From NCBI GenBank assembly GCA_000092065.1, contig CP000601.1: 64,000 bases of DNA, one strand, 5' to 3'. The translations under genes and the position numbers were made by a program. A model generated the notes under the pieces. The model was not told the origin of the DNA, ran no database searches, and saw nothing but the letters and a program-made list of their open reading frames with translations. This stretch comes from Ostreococcus lucimarinus (lineage: Eukaryota). Shown here in pieces: positions 49,975 through 59,258 of the stretch; the first letter of the stretch is position 1, and each line of letters opens with the position of its first letter.

Positions 49975-50183
49975 CTTCCGCGCGCGGTCGTTCGGGGCGG
50001 TGCGCGCGTCGCGGTGTGCGGCGCGCGAGTCAGTGTTCACACTCGATTTTCAAGGGGAACGACCGCCACGCGGAAATCTCGCGAAATCGTGCGCGGGTGG
50101 GCGCGGACGGTTTCGGGCGATCGAACGCGACGCCGAGCGCGCGCGAAATCGTGCGCGCGCGCGATGAATATTAAATAAACTGA

Positions 50184-50768
50184 CTACTTTTGTTGTTTGT
50201 TGTACTTTTTCACCATCCAGTCCTGCAAGACGTCCAAATCCGAAAGCCGCTCGACCTTGACGCCGCGCTTGCGCCAGTACTCAGTCATGCGCCTCACTTG
50301 CATTATGTCGCCAGTCGCCGCGATGGTTTTCGCGCGCGAGAACCAAATCTTATCGAACGCCTCTTGAATCTCGGCTTTATCGCCACCGTCGACGAATCGC
50401 TTCAAGAATTTCAGTTCCTTCAGGCGCTGAATCGAGCCGACGTCGTAGCCTTTGGCTTCGAGCTCTTCGGAAATCGCCTTCACCTCGCGCGAGCCGTTGT
50501 AAAACACCCATCCCACCCACAACGCGGCCGCGACGCACACCACCGGACCGTACACGCTATCGTCAACTTTCGCGATCTCGAACAGAGCCTCCGGCTCCAC
50601 CGCCCGCGTTCGCGTCGTCATCCGCGTCGCCGTCGGCGTCGCCGCGCCGCTCGATCGTTCTCCTCTCGCGGTCGTCGTCGTCGCCCTCCGCGATCGACGT
50701 CCGCTCGTTCGCGCGCCGTCGCATCGCACCACCGTTTGCGCGCGCGCCGACATCGCGCGCGTCGCCAT
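50184..50768 (-). CDS. Hypothetical protein with an organellar presequence and one TM helix.
   Basis: MATRAMSARAQTVVRCDG... is a presequence, VYGPVVCVAAALWVGWVF is a TM helix, and the soluble C-terminal part reads EELEAKGYDVGSIQRLKELKFLKRFVDGGDKAEIQEAFDKIWF... Family not recognised. Confidence 0.45.
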   Translation of the reverse strand: MATRAMSARAQTVVRCDGARTSGRRSRRATTTTARGERSSGAATPTATRMTTRTRAVEPEALFEIAKVDDSVYGPVVCVAAALWVGWVFYNGSREVKAISEELEAKGYDVGSIQRLKELKFLKRFVDGGDKAEIQEAFDKIWFSRAKTIAATGDIMQVRRMTEYWRKRGVKVERLSDLDVLQDWMVKKYNKQQK

Positions 50769-50860
50769 CCCGGCCGTCGCGCGTCGTCGCGTGCCGTCGG
50801 CATCCGTCGTCGAGCGGCGCATCGTGATCCAAAAGTCTCACGCGCGCCACACGGACCACG

Positions 50861-51829
50861 ATGCGCACGATGAAAAAGTGTGCGTCGCGTGACGTCACCG
50901 CACACGGCGCCGCGACGCCGCGACGCGAGACGGTCGCGATGCACGGCGTCGTGGACGTCGTCCTGGACGATGCCCCCGAACCGTCGTGCGCCGTCGCCGT
51001 CGACGCGCTGACGTACGCGTACCCGGGATGCGACGCGGTGCTGCGCGATTGGAGCCTGCGCCTGCCGCCGGGGTCGAGGTGCTTGCTTTCCGGCGCGAAC
51101 GGGGCGGGGAAGACGACGGCGCTGCACGTCATCGCGGGTAAAACCATGGTGAACGAAGACGTCGTGCGCGTGCTGGGACGACCGCCGTTTCACGACATCG
51201 CGCTCACGTGCGGGGGCGAGCTTTCTTACCTGGGCGCGCAGTGGCGGCGCAACATCGGAAGCGCGGGCGCGGACGTGCCCCTGCAAGGAGACATTTCGGC
51301 GAGGAAAATGATCGAGGGCGTCGCAGACGTGGACCCGGCGAGGCGAGAACGATTGGTGAAGCTGCTGGATGTGGATTTGGACTGGTCCATGAAGGCGTTG
51401 AGCGACGGACAACGACGTCGAGTTCAGATTTGTCTCGGACTCTTGAAGCCGTACAAGGTGTTGCTGTGCGACGAAATCACGGTGGATTTGGACATCCTCG
51501 GTCGGCTTGACTTGTTGGAGTTTTTCAAGGAAGAGTGCGAGGTGCGCGGGGCCACCATCGTGTACGCCACGCACATCTTCGATGGCATGGCGGATTGGAT
51601 GACGCACCTCGCGTTCACGTCCAACGGGCAGTTGAAGTATGGCGGCGCCAAGGTGGACATTCCGGAAATTCAAGGCACGAAACATTTATTGTCGACCATT
51701 GAAAAGTGGCTTCGCATCGATCGCGACGAGCGCCGCGCGCGAGAGGCGGCGGAACTCGCCGCCCCGACGGCGAAGAAAATCGACGCCGCGAGTCACTTCC
51801 AAACGAGGCACATGGCGTATTATAGATGA
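50861..51829 (+). CDS. ABC transporter ATP-binding protein, soluble ABCI / CAF16-like type.
   Basis: Walker A LSGANGAGKTTALHVIAGK, the signature LSDGQRRRVQICLGLL and Walker B VLLCDEITVDLD. No TM domain. Confidence 0.8.
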   Translation: MRTMKKCASRDVTAHGAATPRRETVAMHGVVDVVLDDAPEPSCAVAVDALTYAYPGCDAVLRDWSLRLPPGSRCLLSGANGAGKTTALHVIAGKTMVNEDVVRVLGRPPFHDIALTCGGELSYLGAQWRRNIGSAGADVPLQGDISARKMIEGVADVDPARRERLVKLLDVDLDWSMKALSDGQRRRVQICLGLLKPYKVLLCDEITVDLDILGRLDLLEFFKEECEVRGATIVYATHIFDGMADWMTHLAFTSNGQLKYGGAKVDIPEIQGTKHLLSTIEKWLRIDRDERRAREAAELAAPTAKKIDAASHFQTRHMAYYR

Positions 51830-52037
51830 TGGTCCACGCAGTGGGTTGATTTGAATAGATTGATTTGAATAGAACGCAACGTAAACGGTTAACATTACAC
51901 TTTTGCCTCGTCTCCGCGAACGCTCGCGTTCGAGAAATATATATTGAGTCTACTAATTCAGGGGTGCGCGCGCGCGCCGCACGCGGCGACAATTCGAATA
52001 GGATTGGATAGGTTCACGCACTCTTCGTTCGCTTCGC

Positions 52038-53008
52038 TCACTTAGAGTGCTTGGCGCTGTTGCAAATCGTCACGAAAGCCTCGCCGATCAAAGACGCGCC
52101 GCCGACGAGAAAGCCGTCAATGTCCTCTTTCTGAGCTAATTCGTCGCAGTTGCCGGCGTTGACGCTGCCGCCGTACTGAATGCGAATCTTCGACGCAATC
52201 GCCGGAGAAATATTATCCGCGCACCACTTGCGAATGCCCGCGTGCACTTCTTGCGCTTGGTCCGGCGTCGCGACCTTGCCGGTACCGATCGCCCAAACGG
52301 GCTCGTACGCGATGACGATGTTTTCCCAGTCCGCCGCGGTCACGACGTCGTTCACCGCCTTGAGTTGCGCGCGGCAAATATCCAGAGTCGTGCCCGCTTC
52401 GCGCTGTTCCAACGTCTCACCGATGCACAAAGCAACCTTCAATCCCTTGCTCAAGGCATATTTGGTCTTCTCCCCGACGAACTCGTTCGTCTCGCCGCAG
52501 AGCGCGCGGCGTTCGCTGTGCCCGAGAATCACCCACGGAATGTCGGCGTCGGCGAGCATATCCGCGCTCACCTCACCCGTGAACGCCCCACCCGCGGAGA
52601 CCCAACAGTTCTGCGCGGCGACGGCGTAGTTTTTGTTGTTGAGCTCCTTTTGCACTCGAGGAATGAAGACGAACGGAGGCGCGACGTAGACGTCAACGTC
52701 GGCGTCGATTTTCCCAGAGTTTAGTTCCTTCACGAGCGACTTGACGGACTCCGCCGTGCCGTTGCACTTCCAGTTCCCGCCGACGATAAATTTACCCGTG
52801 CCCGCATTCACGACGACGCTTCGTCGCTGCGCTGCGGCGTGCACCTGCGCGAAGAATTCCAGAAAACCGCGTCGTCAGTCTCGCGCGTCGCTTTGGATAA
52901 CACGCCCCGATCGCGCCGTCGCGCGCCGTCGAGGTCGACGCGACGTCTCCCCTCGTCGGCGCGCGCGTGATCCCTCGCGACCGTCGGTGTCGACGCCATC
53001 GTCGCCAT
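52038..53008 (-). CDS. TPI: Triosephosphate isomerase. Catalytic exon 52038..52844. A probable transit-peptide exon at 52904..53008, with a 59-nt intron.
   Basis: [12 protein letters not shown] ... VILGHSERR ... [17 protein letters not shown] ... GGSVN are the TPI motifs. The catalytic ORF starts at GTG with no upstream in-frame ATG, and it is directly preceded by the acceptor ttctggaattcttcgcgcag. An ATG-initiated ORF 105 nt upstream ([35 protein letters not shown]) ends at a GT in phase 0. Confidence 0.85.
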
Positions 53009-53123
53009 CGACGCCTCGCGGTCCCCATCGTCGCGCGCATCCCGATCCGTCGCGTTCGATGGCGCGCCGATGGCGCCGATGGGGCGCCGATGGGGACACC
53101 GCCCCGTCGTCGTCCTCGGGCGC

Positions 53124-53210
53124 CGTTCGAACGCGTTCGCGCGCGTCGGCGTCGCGTCGATCGATCGTTCGCACCCTTTGCGATCGCGCCGTCGCCTTCA
53201 CGGCGCACGA
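53124..53210. repeat. Copy A of an exact 86-87 bp direct repeat (ttcgaacgcgttcgcgcgcgtcggcgtcgcgtcgatcgatcgttcgcaccctttgcgatcgcgccgtcgccttcacggcgcacga).
   Basis: The same 28-aa junk peptide VRREGDGAIAKGANDRSTRRRRARTRSN appears in two different minus-strand track ORFs (52792..54009 and 53756..54247). The DNA is identical over about 86 bp. Confidence 0.65.
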
Positions 53211-54009
53211 GGTTACTGTTGATGAGGTACATTGCCGTCACCCCAAGAAGGCCACCGACAGCAATCGAGCCCATCGCGTCGTACATCGGACTCCCCGTCA
53301 CTTCGCACGCGATGAGCGCCGTACCCGCGATGCCACAACCCAACACCGCGGCAGCATCTTCTGCGAGCACGGCCACGCTGGTGGGATCTTTACCAGATTT
53401 GATAAATTCCCTCAGCGTCATTCCTTGCGCCTTGGCGTTGTCGCGCAACGACTCGTACGCCACCTTTAACGAAAATCCTTCCAACAACGCCGACGCGCCC
53501 AACACCGCGATCCCAATACGTATGTTTTCAGACGGCATCGGGTCCATCAACCCGTGCATCCCGTGCATCACGCTAAACCCAGCACCGAGAAAGAAAATTC
53601 CCACCGCGGAAATCAACGAATACACGAACCAACAAGTGCGAGTGAGGGCTTCGACGCGAGAGGCGATGGTTTTGGACTCTCGCGAACGCTCGGCGGCTTG
53701 GCGCCCGGCGGCGCGCGCGAACGTTTCGTAATCTTGTTCGGCTTGAGAGATGAACTTACGACTCGCGGCCTCGGACTCGACTCTGAACTCGTTCACGAGT
53801 GACTCGATGCGCTCGCGCGCGATTCGTCGATTGCGTTCGGCGAGAGATTGCATCATTTGCTGGAATCCAACCATGTCGTAACGCGTCGAACGTTGACGCA
53901 CCGTCTCGCGCGTGTAGTACGCTCTCGCCGCGTCGTTCCACGCCCCCGACGTTCGCCCGGGCACGAGAACCACGGACCAGAGTAAAACCTTCGTAATCAC
54001 CGATCGCAC
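53206..54009 (-). CDS. Membrane protein homologous to the TM3-TM6 core of SLC30A9/ZnT9-type cation diffusion facilitators. N-terminal coiled-coil. The TM1-2 region and the C-terminal cytoplasmic domain are not found, and the 3-prime end is unresolved.
   Basis: SLISAVGIFFLGAGFSVMHGMHGLMDP and LRDNAKAQGMTLREFIKSGKDPTSVAVLAEDAAAVLGCGIAGTALIACEVTGSPMYDAMGSIAVGGLLGVTAMYLINSN parallel the human ZnT9 blocks SLISGVGIFMMGAGLSWYHGVMGLLHP and DPSTNVILLEDTAAVLGV..., as far as I recall them. After ...YLINSNL the track ORF runs through the 86-bp repeat into R-rich junk that overlaps TPI exon 1. Confidence 0.5.
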
Positions 54010-54132
54010 GCGCGCGCGTCGTCAGTCTCGCGTCGAGCCCGGTCGATCGCGCCGCGACACGCGCCTTCGCGATGATTCCGCGCGCGCCGCATCGCGTCGA
54101 CGAAATCGCGCACCTCGAGCGCGCAGATGAAG

Positions 54133-54219
54133 CGTTCGAACGCGTTCGCGCGCGTCGGCGTCGCGTCGATCGATCGTTCGCACCCTTTGCGATCGCGCCG
54201 TCGCCTTCACGGCGCACGA
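54133..54219. repeat. Copy B of the 86-87 bp direct repeat, about 1009 bp from copy A, in the spacer between the ZnT9-like gene and the SPP gene.
   Basis: As for copy A. Confidence 0.65.
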
Positions 54220-54349
54220 CGTCGTCGTCGTCGCCGACGGCGCGCACGTCACGCTAAACATCGCTCGCCGCACGCGTCGTCGCGAAGTGCCGGCGCGCGG
54301 TCGCCGAGGGCGATTTCGTTTTTTCGCGAACCATCGCGCGTCGATCGAC

Positions 54350-54410
54350 GGACGTCGATCGATCGATCGATCGATCGAACGATCGACCGATCGATCGATC
54401 GATCGACCGC
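54350..54410. repeat. (GATC/CGAT)n-rich microsatellite in the promoter spacer.
   Basis: tcgatcgatcgatcgatcgaacgatcgaccgatcgatcgatcgatcgacc. It shows up as the SIDRSIDRS peptides in the track. Confidence 0.5.
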
Positions 54411-54597
54411 GCGCCAAGCCCCCTCGCGCCCGCGCGCGCGCCCGCCCAGGGTCCAGCGGTCCAGGGGCGGCGTCGAATCAATCGTCCGCCCTTCCGCAGT
54501 GCGCGGCGTGACCCCGGCGCCGGCGTCGCGCGCGCTTCGACGACGACGGTCCCGACGATCGGACGACCCGACGAACGCGCGCGCGCACGGCCGGATC

Positions 54598-57500
54598 GAC
54601 ATGGCGTCGCGCGTCTCCGCGAGCGGGCGCGCGAGCGCGAACGCGCGAGGAATCGTGACGCCGCATCGTCGGCGTGGACGGACGGCGACGACGACGAAAC
54701 GGGCGACGCGAGGGCGACGGTGCGCGCGCGTCGTGCGCGCGAACGCGTCGTCGACGAACGGTGGGCCGGGGCGATGGGATCGCGCGATGCAGACGCTGTC
54801 ATCCGTCGCCGATCCCGCGGCGACGACGGCGATGCTGGACGAGCCTTTGACGCCGCACGAAGAGATTCGTCGAGGAACGCTCGCGAATGGGTTGAAGTAC
54901 GTCATCTTACCGAACAAAGTTCCCGAGGGGAGATTTGAGGCGCACTTGGAGATGCACGTCGGGTCCGTGGACGAACGCGAAGACGAGCAAGGGCTGGCGC
55001 ACCTCGTCGAGCACGTCACGTTTTTGGGTTCTCGAAAACGAGATCAGTGGCTCGGGAGCGGTACGCGAGGGAACGCGTACACGGATTTCCACCACACCGT
55101 GTTCCACATCCACGCACCGACGACGAACAAGGATGGACATTACATGCCGCCCAACGTGCTGGACATTCTCTACGACGTCGCGTTTGCGCCGCAACTCTTG
55201 GACACTCGCGTGGCGAAGGAGAAGAAAGCCGTGCTCGCCGAGGCTCAAATGATGAACACGATCGAGTACAGAGTGGACTGTCAGCTTCTAGAGCATTTGC
55301 ACTGGGACAACCTCTTGGGCACGCGATTTCCGATCGGTAAGCTCGATCAGGTGGAAGCGTGGCCGGCGCAGGCGGTGCGAGACTTTCACGCGCGCTGGTA
55401 TTTCCCAGCCAACGCCACGCTCTACGTCGTGGGCGACTTCGATGCCTCCGTGGACGAAGTCGAGGGTATGATTTCCGCCGCGTTCGACGAAGCGGCGCCC
55501 GCGGAAGGCGCGGAAGAAGCCGAGTCTCCTCTCAAACGTCACGCGGTGCGTCCTCCGGTGAAGCACGCGTACGGGGCGCCGTCGTACGAGCTCGACGAAA
55601 TTCAACGCTCGAACGACGAGGCGAAGGCGTCGGGCAAAGACGACCCGTTCTTGCCTTTCGTCGCCCCCGAGGGTAAAGTGTCCATGTTCCAGCACGAACA
55701 CTTGTCCAACGCGAGTTTCAACATATTTTCAAAATTGGCCGTCAAGCCGCTCGAAAAGATGGGCGACTTGCACCGGACGATTTTGCAGCGCATTGTGTTG
55801 TTGGTGTTGCAGAGCCGCATTCAGGCGAGATACGCGGAAACTAATGCGGATTACAAACGCATTGAACTCGATCATAGCGACAGCGCGAGAGAGGGGTGTT
55901 GCGTCAGCACCGTCACCGTGACGTGCGAGCCGAGAGAGTACGAATTCGCCTTGCAAGTCGCCGTCGAGGAATCTCGACGATTGCAAAAGTTTGGATTGAC
56001 GCCGAGCGAGCTCGATCGTTTTAAGGCGGCGATGTTGAGAGATTCTGAACAGCTCGCGCAGCAGGCGGGATGCGTGCCGAGCCTCGAAAATCTCGACTTT
56101 GTCATGGAGCAGGACGCCTGCGGACACGTCGTCATGGACCAGGTCGCGGGTCACGAGGCCTTGGTGCGCATGTCTGATTACATCACGCTCGAGGCGTGCA
56201 ACGGCGCGTGCGATGAGCTTTTAGGTTTTATCGGTGAGTACGGCGTGGAGAACAATCGCAAACCGAACAGCGGTAAGTGCACCGCCATCGTCGCGTGCGT
56301 CCCAGCGACGATGACGAACGTCGACGGCGAGACGGTGCCGTTCGATATCACGCCCGAGCGCATAGAACAAGTTTTGGCGGCGGATTACGGTGAAATCACA
56401 GAGCCCGAGGATATCTTTGTGCCGGAGGTGTTGATTGCGGATGACGAAATCAACGCCCTCATCGAGCAAACGGCGCCGACGTTTACCGAGGCGACGTATC
56501 ACGAGCCGACCGGCGTGTACCAGCGCACGCTGAGTAACGGTATTCGCGTCAACTACAAGGTGCTCGACGCCGAGCCTGGGAGCGCGTTCTTACGACTCGT
56601 CGTCCCGGGTGGTCGTTCGGTTGAGAGCCCGAACATCGGGCCCGGCGGAATCGGTTCGTCGGCGGTCGGTTTGCGCACCGTGCAAGAGGCTGGCGACGTC
56701 GGCGAATGGTCGCGCAAGCAAATCGAGCTCTTGACGATGCAACACTTGCTCGTGTACGACGTCGAGCCCGAGGTCGAGTACATGTTTTTGGATTCCGCGT
56801 TCGCCACGGATGGAGGCTTGAGGACTATTCTCGAGATCATGCACCTCACGCTGACGAAGCCGACGTGGGACGAGCAAGCGCTCGAGCGCGTCAAGGACAT
56901 TTACCGCATGTTTCAGATTAACACGAACAAGAACATCGAGTTGCTCACGCATGACACCGTCAACGCCGTGATTTACGAAGACCGAAGAATCATGGACCCG
57001 AACAAGGAGGCACTCCAGGCGCTGACGCTGGATGGCGTTCGAGACATGATCGAAGCTCAATTCGCGAGCGGGGCTTTGGAACTCAACATCGTCGGCGACA
57101 TCATCCCCGAAGAAGTCGACGAAATGGTTCTCGCGTTTATGGGATCGATTCAGACCAAGCCCGCGCCGCCGTTGCCGCAAGTGCCCCCGCTGAAATTGAA
57201 AGAGGTGCCAAAGGATGATCCGGTGCGCGCGCAGCGGTTGTGGTTGAAGGACAGCGACGAAAGAGCGTGCGCGGTGGCCGCCGGACCGGGGCCATCCATG
57301 TGGGCGCCGATGACGAGTCTGTACTCTGAAATTCCGAGCTTTGTCAATCAAGACGCGTACACGCCGGAACAGATTGCAGCCTTGCGCGATCCCGTGAACG
57401 AGGTGGCGTCGGCGAAGGGGAACCCATTCGCACAGCAGTCTGCGCGACGCGCGAATTCTTTGGCGACGTATTGCGCGGGGATGATGCTCGCAGAAGTTAT

Positions 57501-58098
57501 CGGTGGTAGATTGTTCACAACGGTGCGCGACGCGTTGGGTCTGACGTACGACTGCAACTTTACAATGTCGTTTGGATTACAAAACAACGACGCGACGACG
57601 TACAGGTTGTTGGTGACGTCGACGCCGGAAAAAATTGATGAAGCTCTCAACGCCGGCGTGCGCGTGTTGCGTGGATTTCAGATGCAGCGCGTGAGCCAAC
57701 GCGAGGTCGATCGCGCGCGTTTAACGCTGTTGAGTCGTCATGAGATGGATTTGAAGACGAACAACTACTGGGCCGATTTGATGCAGTGCACCAACACTCC
57801 AGATTTAGCGCCGCTGAAGAAGATTCAGTGCGTCGCTGATTTACCCCTCATGTACGACGCGATGACCGTGGACGATCTTCAAGAAGTTTACGATCGTCTC
57901 GGCTTGAGCGAAGGCGAGATCTTCACCAGCGTGACGATCGCCGGGCAGACAGAGCCGCCTCCATTCCTGTCGAAGAAGGACGTCGACGCCGCCGCGCTCG
58001 CCGCCCAGACGCTGACCGCCGCGCTTGGTGGCATCAACATCGCCGAAGCGATCAAGAGATTGAAGAAAGAGCAGTCTCCGTCCGCGAGCGCGGAGTAG
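54598..58098 (+). CDS. SPP: Stromal processing peptidase (chloroplast transit-peptide peptidase; M16 insulinase/pitrilysin family).
   Basis: The inverted zinc motif in LANGLKYVILPNKVPEGRFEAHLEMHVGSVDEREDEQGLAHLVEHVTFLGSRKR, co-linear with plant SPP. A long four-domain M16 architecture of about 1170 aa. The R/S/T-rich presequence begins MASRVSASGRASANARG at 54598, and the track start at 54127 lies in spacer repeats. Confidence 0.85.
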   Translation, partial: DMASRVSASGRASANARGIVTPHRRRGRTATTTKRATRGRRCARVVRANASSTNGGPGRWDRAMQTLSSVADPAATTAMLDEPLTPHEEIRRGTLANGLKYVILPNKVPEGRFEAHLEMHVGSVDEREDEQGLAHLVEHVTFLGSRKRDQWLGSGTRGNAYTDFHHTVFHIHAPTTNKDGHYMPPNVLDILYDVAFAPQLLDTRVAKEKKAVLAEAQMMNTIEYRVDCQLLEHLHWDNLLGTRFPIGKLDQVEAWPAQAVRDFHARWYFPANATLYVVGDFDASVDEVEGMISAAFDEAAPAEGAEEAESPLKRHAVRPPVKHAYGAPSYELDEIQRSNDEAKASGKDDPFLPFVAPEGKVSMFQHEHLSNASFNIFSKLAVKPLEKMGDLHRTILQRIVLLVLQSRIQARYAETNADYKRIELDHSDSAREGCCVSTVTVTCEPREYEFALQVAVEESRRLQKFGLTPSELDRFKAAMLRDSEQLAQQAGCVPSLENLDFVMEQDACGHVVMDQVAGHEALVRMSDYITLEACNGACDELLGFIGEYGVENNRKPNSGKCTAIVACVPATMTNVDGETVPFDITPERIEQVLAADYGEITEPEDIFVPEVLIADDEINALIEQTAPTFTEATYHEPTGVYQRTLSNGIRVNYKVLDAEPGSAFLRLVVPGGRSVESPNIGPGGIGSSAVGLRTVQEAGDVGEWSRKQIELLTMQHLLVYDVEPEVEYMFLDSAFATDGGLRTILEIMHLTLTKPTWDEQALERVKDIYRMFQINTNKNIELLTHDTVNAVIYEDRRIMDPNKEALQALTLDGVRDMIEAQFASGALELNIVGDIIPEEVDEMVLAFMGSIQTKPAPPLPQVPPLKLKEVPKDDPVRAQRLWLKDSDERACAVAAGPGPSMWAPMTSLYSEIPSFVNQDAYTPEQIAALRDPVNEVASAKGNPFAQQSARRANSLATYCAGMMLAEVIGGRLFTTVRDALGLTYDCNFTMSFGLQNNDATTYRLLVTSTPEKIDEALNAGVRVLRGFQMQRVSQREVDRARLTLLSRHEMDLKTNNYWADLMQCTNTPDLAPLKKIQCVADLPLMYDAMTVDDLQEVYDRLGLSEGEIFTSVTIAGQTEPPPFLSKKDVDAAALAAQTLTAALGGINIAEAIKRLKKEQSPSASAE

Positions 58099-58264
58099 TT
58101 GCTGATTAGATGGCTATTTTAATGTAAACGCTTTCTCTCACGACGGACGGCTCGCCGTAGAGTAAAAAAGTCAACCCAGTCTCCTCGCACAAACTCGGCG
58201 TGGTCACACCGCAACGCGCGCGCACGCGTCGTCGCAGACGAACCAACTAATACTCAGACACGTC

Positions 58265-59086
58265 ATGGTGGGCACGCGCAGAGCGTCCACGTCGTCGTCG
58301 ACGTCCGTCGCGCACGGCAAAGATTTAATCAAGCAAATCCAGGCTGCGATCGCGACGAACGATCACGCCACGGCGCTGGAACGTTTGGACGATTTCAAAG
58401 TGCACGCGGCGACGACGTTCGTAGGAAACGAAGAAGACGAGCTCCGGCTGAGGCGCGAGGCGGCGGAACACGGGGTCATGATCAGCGCGGCGACGCGAGA
58501 CGAGGAGAGCTTTGAGCGACACGCCTCGCAGGCGAAAGCTGCTTACGACGCCTGCAAGCGCGCGCCTTGCAAGCAACCCATCGAGCGTTCGCAAAATGAG
58601 GCGCTCATCGTCGGGTTAAACCTGTTGCGGTTGCTGGTTCAGAACCGCATCGCCGAGTTTCACGCCGAGCTTGAGACGACGGACGACGACGTCTTGAAAG
58701 ATCAACGCGTGCAAGCGGTGTTGGAGCTCGAACAGTTTTTGATGGAGGGGGCGTATAACAAGATTGCGCAGCGACAAAACGCGCTACCAGATCCGAGCTA
58801 CGAGTATTTCATGTCGATGTTGATGAACACGGTGCGAGACGAAATTGCGAGTTGCGCCGAGAGCGCGTACGGCTCGCTTACGGGCGCAGAGGCGATGAAA
58901 TTGTTAGGATTCGCAAACGCTCAAGAGTTTGAAAAATACGCAAACGCGCGTGACTGGACGATGGACGCCAACGGAGGCGTGGTTTTCAACGAAGAAGTCG
59001 CGCCAGCGAGCGCCAGGGACATCCCGGCGGCCGCTCTGATAAATCAAACGTTGCTCTACGCCAAGGAACTCGAGCGCATCGTGTAG
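58265..59086 (+). CDS. RPN12: 26S proteasome regulatory subunit RPN12 (PSMD8).
   Basis: LLRLLVQNRIAEFHAELETT...AVLELEQFLMEGAYNKIAQRQNALPDPSYEYFMSMLMNTVRDEIASCAESAY parallels RPN12 (LLVQNRIAEFHTELE...VELEQSFMEGAYNRV...TIRDEIAGC). Confidence 0.8.
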   Translation: MVGTRRASTSSSTSVAHGKDLIKQIQAAIATNDHATALERLDDFKVHAATTFVGNEEDELRLRREAAEHGVMISAATRDEESFERHASQAKAAYDACKRAPCKQPIERSQNEALIVGLNLLRLLVQNRIAEFHAELETTDDDVLKDQRVQAVLELEQFLMEGAYNKIAQRQNALPDPSYEYFMSMLMNTVRDEIASCAESAYGSLTGAEAMKLLGFANAQEFEKYANARDWTMDANGGVVFNEEVAPASARDIPAAALINQTLLYAKELERIV

Positions 59087-59258
59087 TCGCGCAGCATGCC
59101 TAGATTGTTCATCGGTTGTCAGCACACATCACACATTAGTCTTTTACGCTCGCGCGTCCACGGCGAGCGATCGGCGCTCACTCGGCGCTACGACGCCCCA
59201 CTCGGCGTTAAGGTGTCCCACAACAGTCTTCAGTGCGCGACTCGCGACGCGCGCGACC

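Noticed and set aside
52967-53731. Plus-strand 254-aa ORF opposite the ZnT9-like gene
   Set aside because: It is the antisense shadow of the TM region and gives only an A/P/R-rich peptide.
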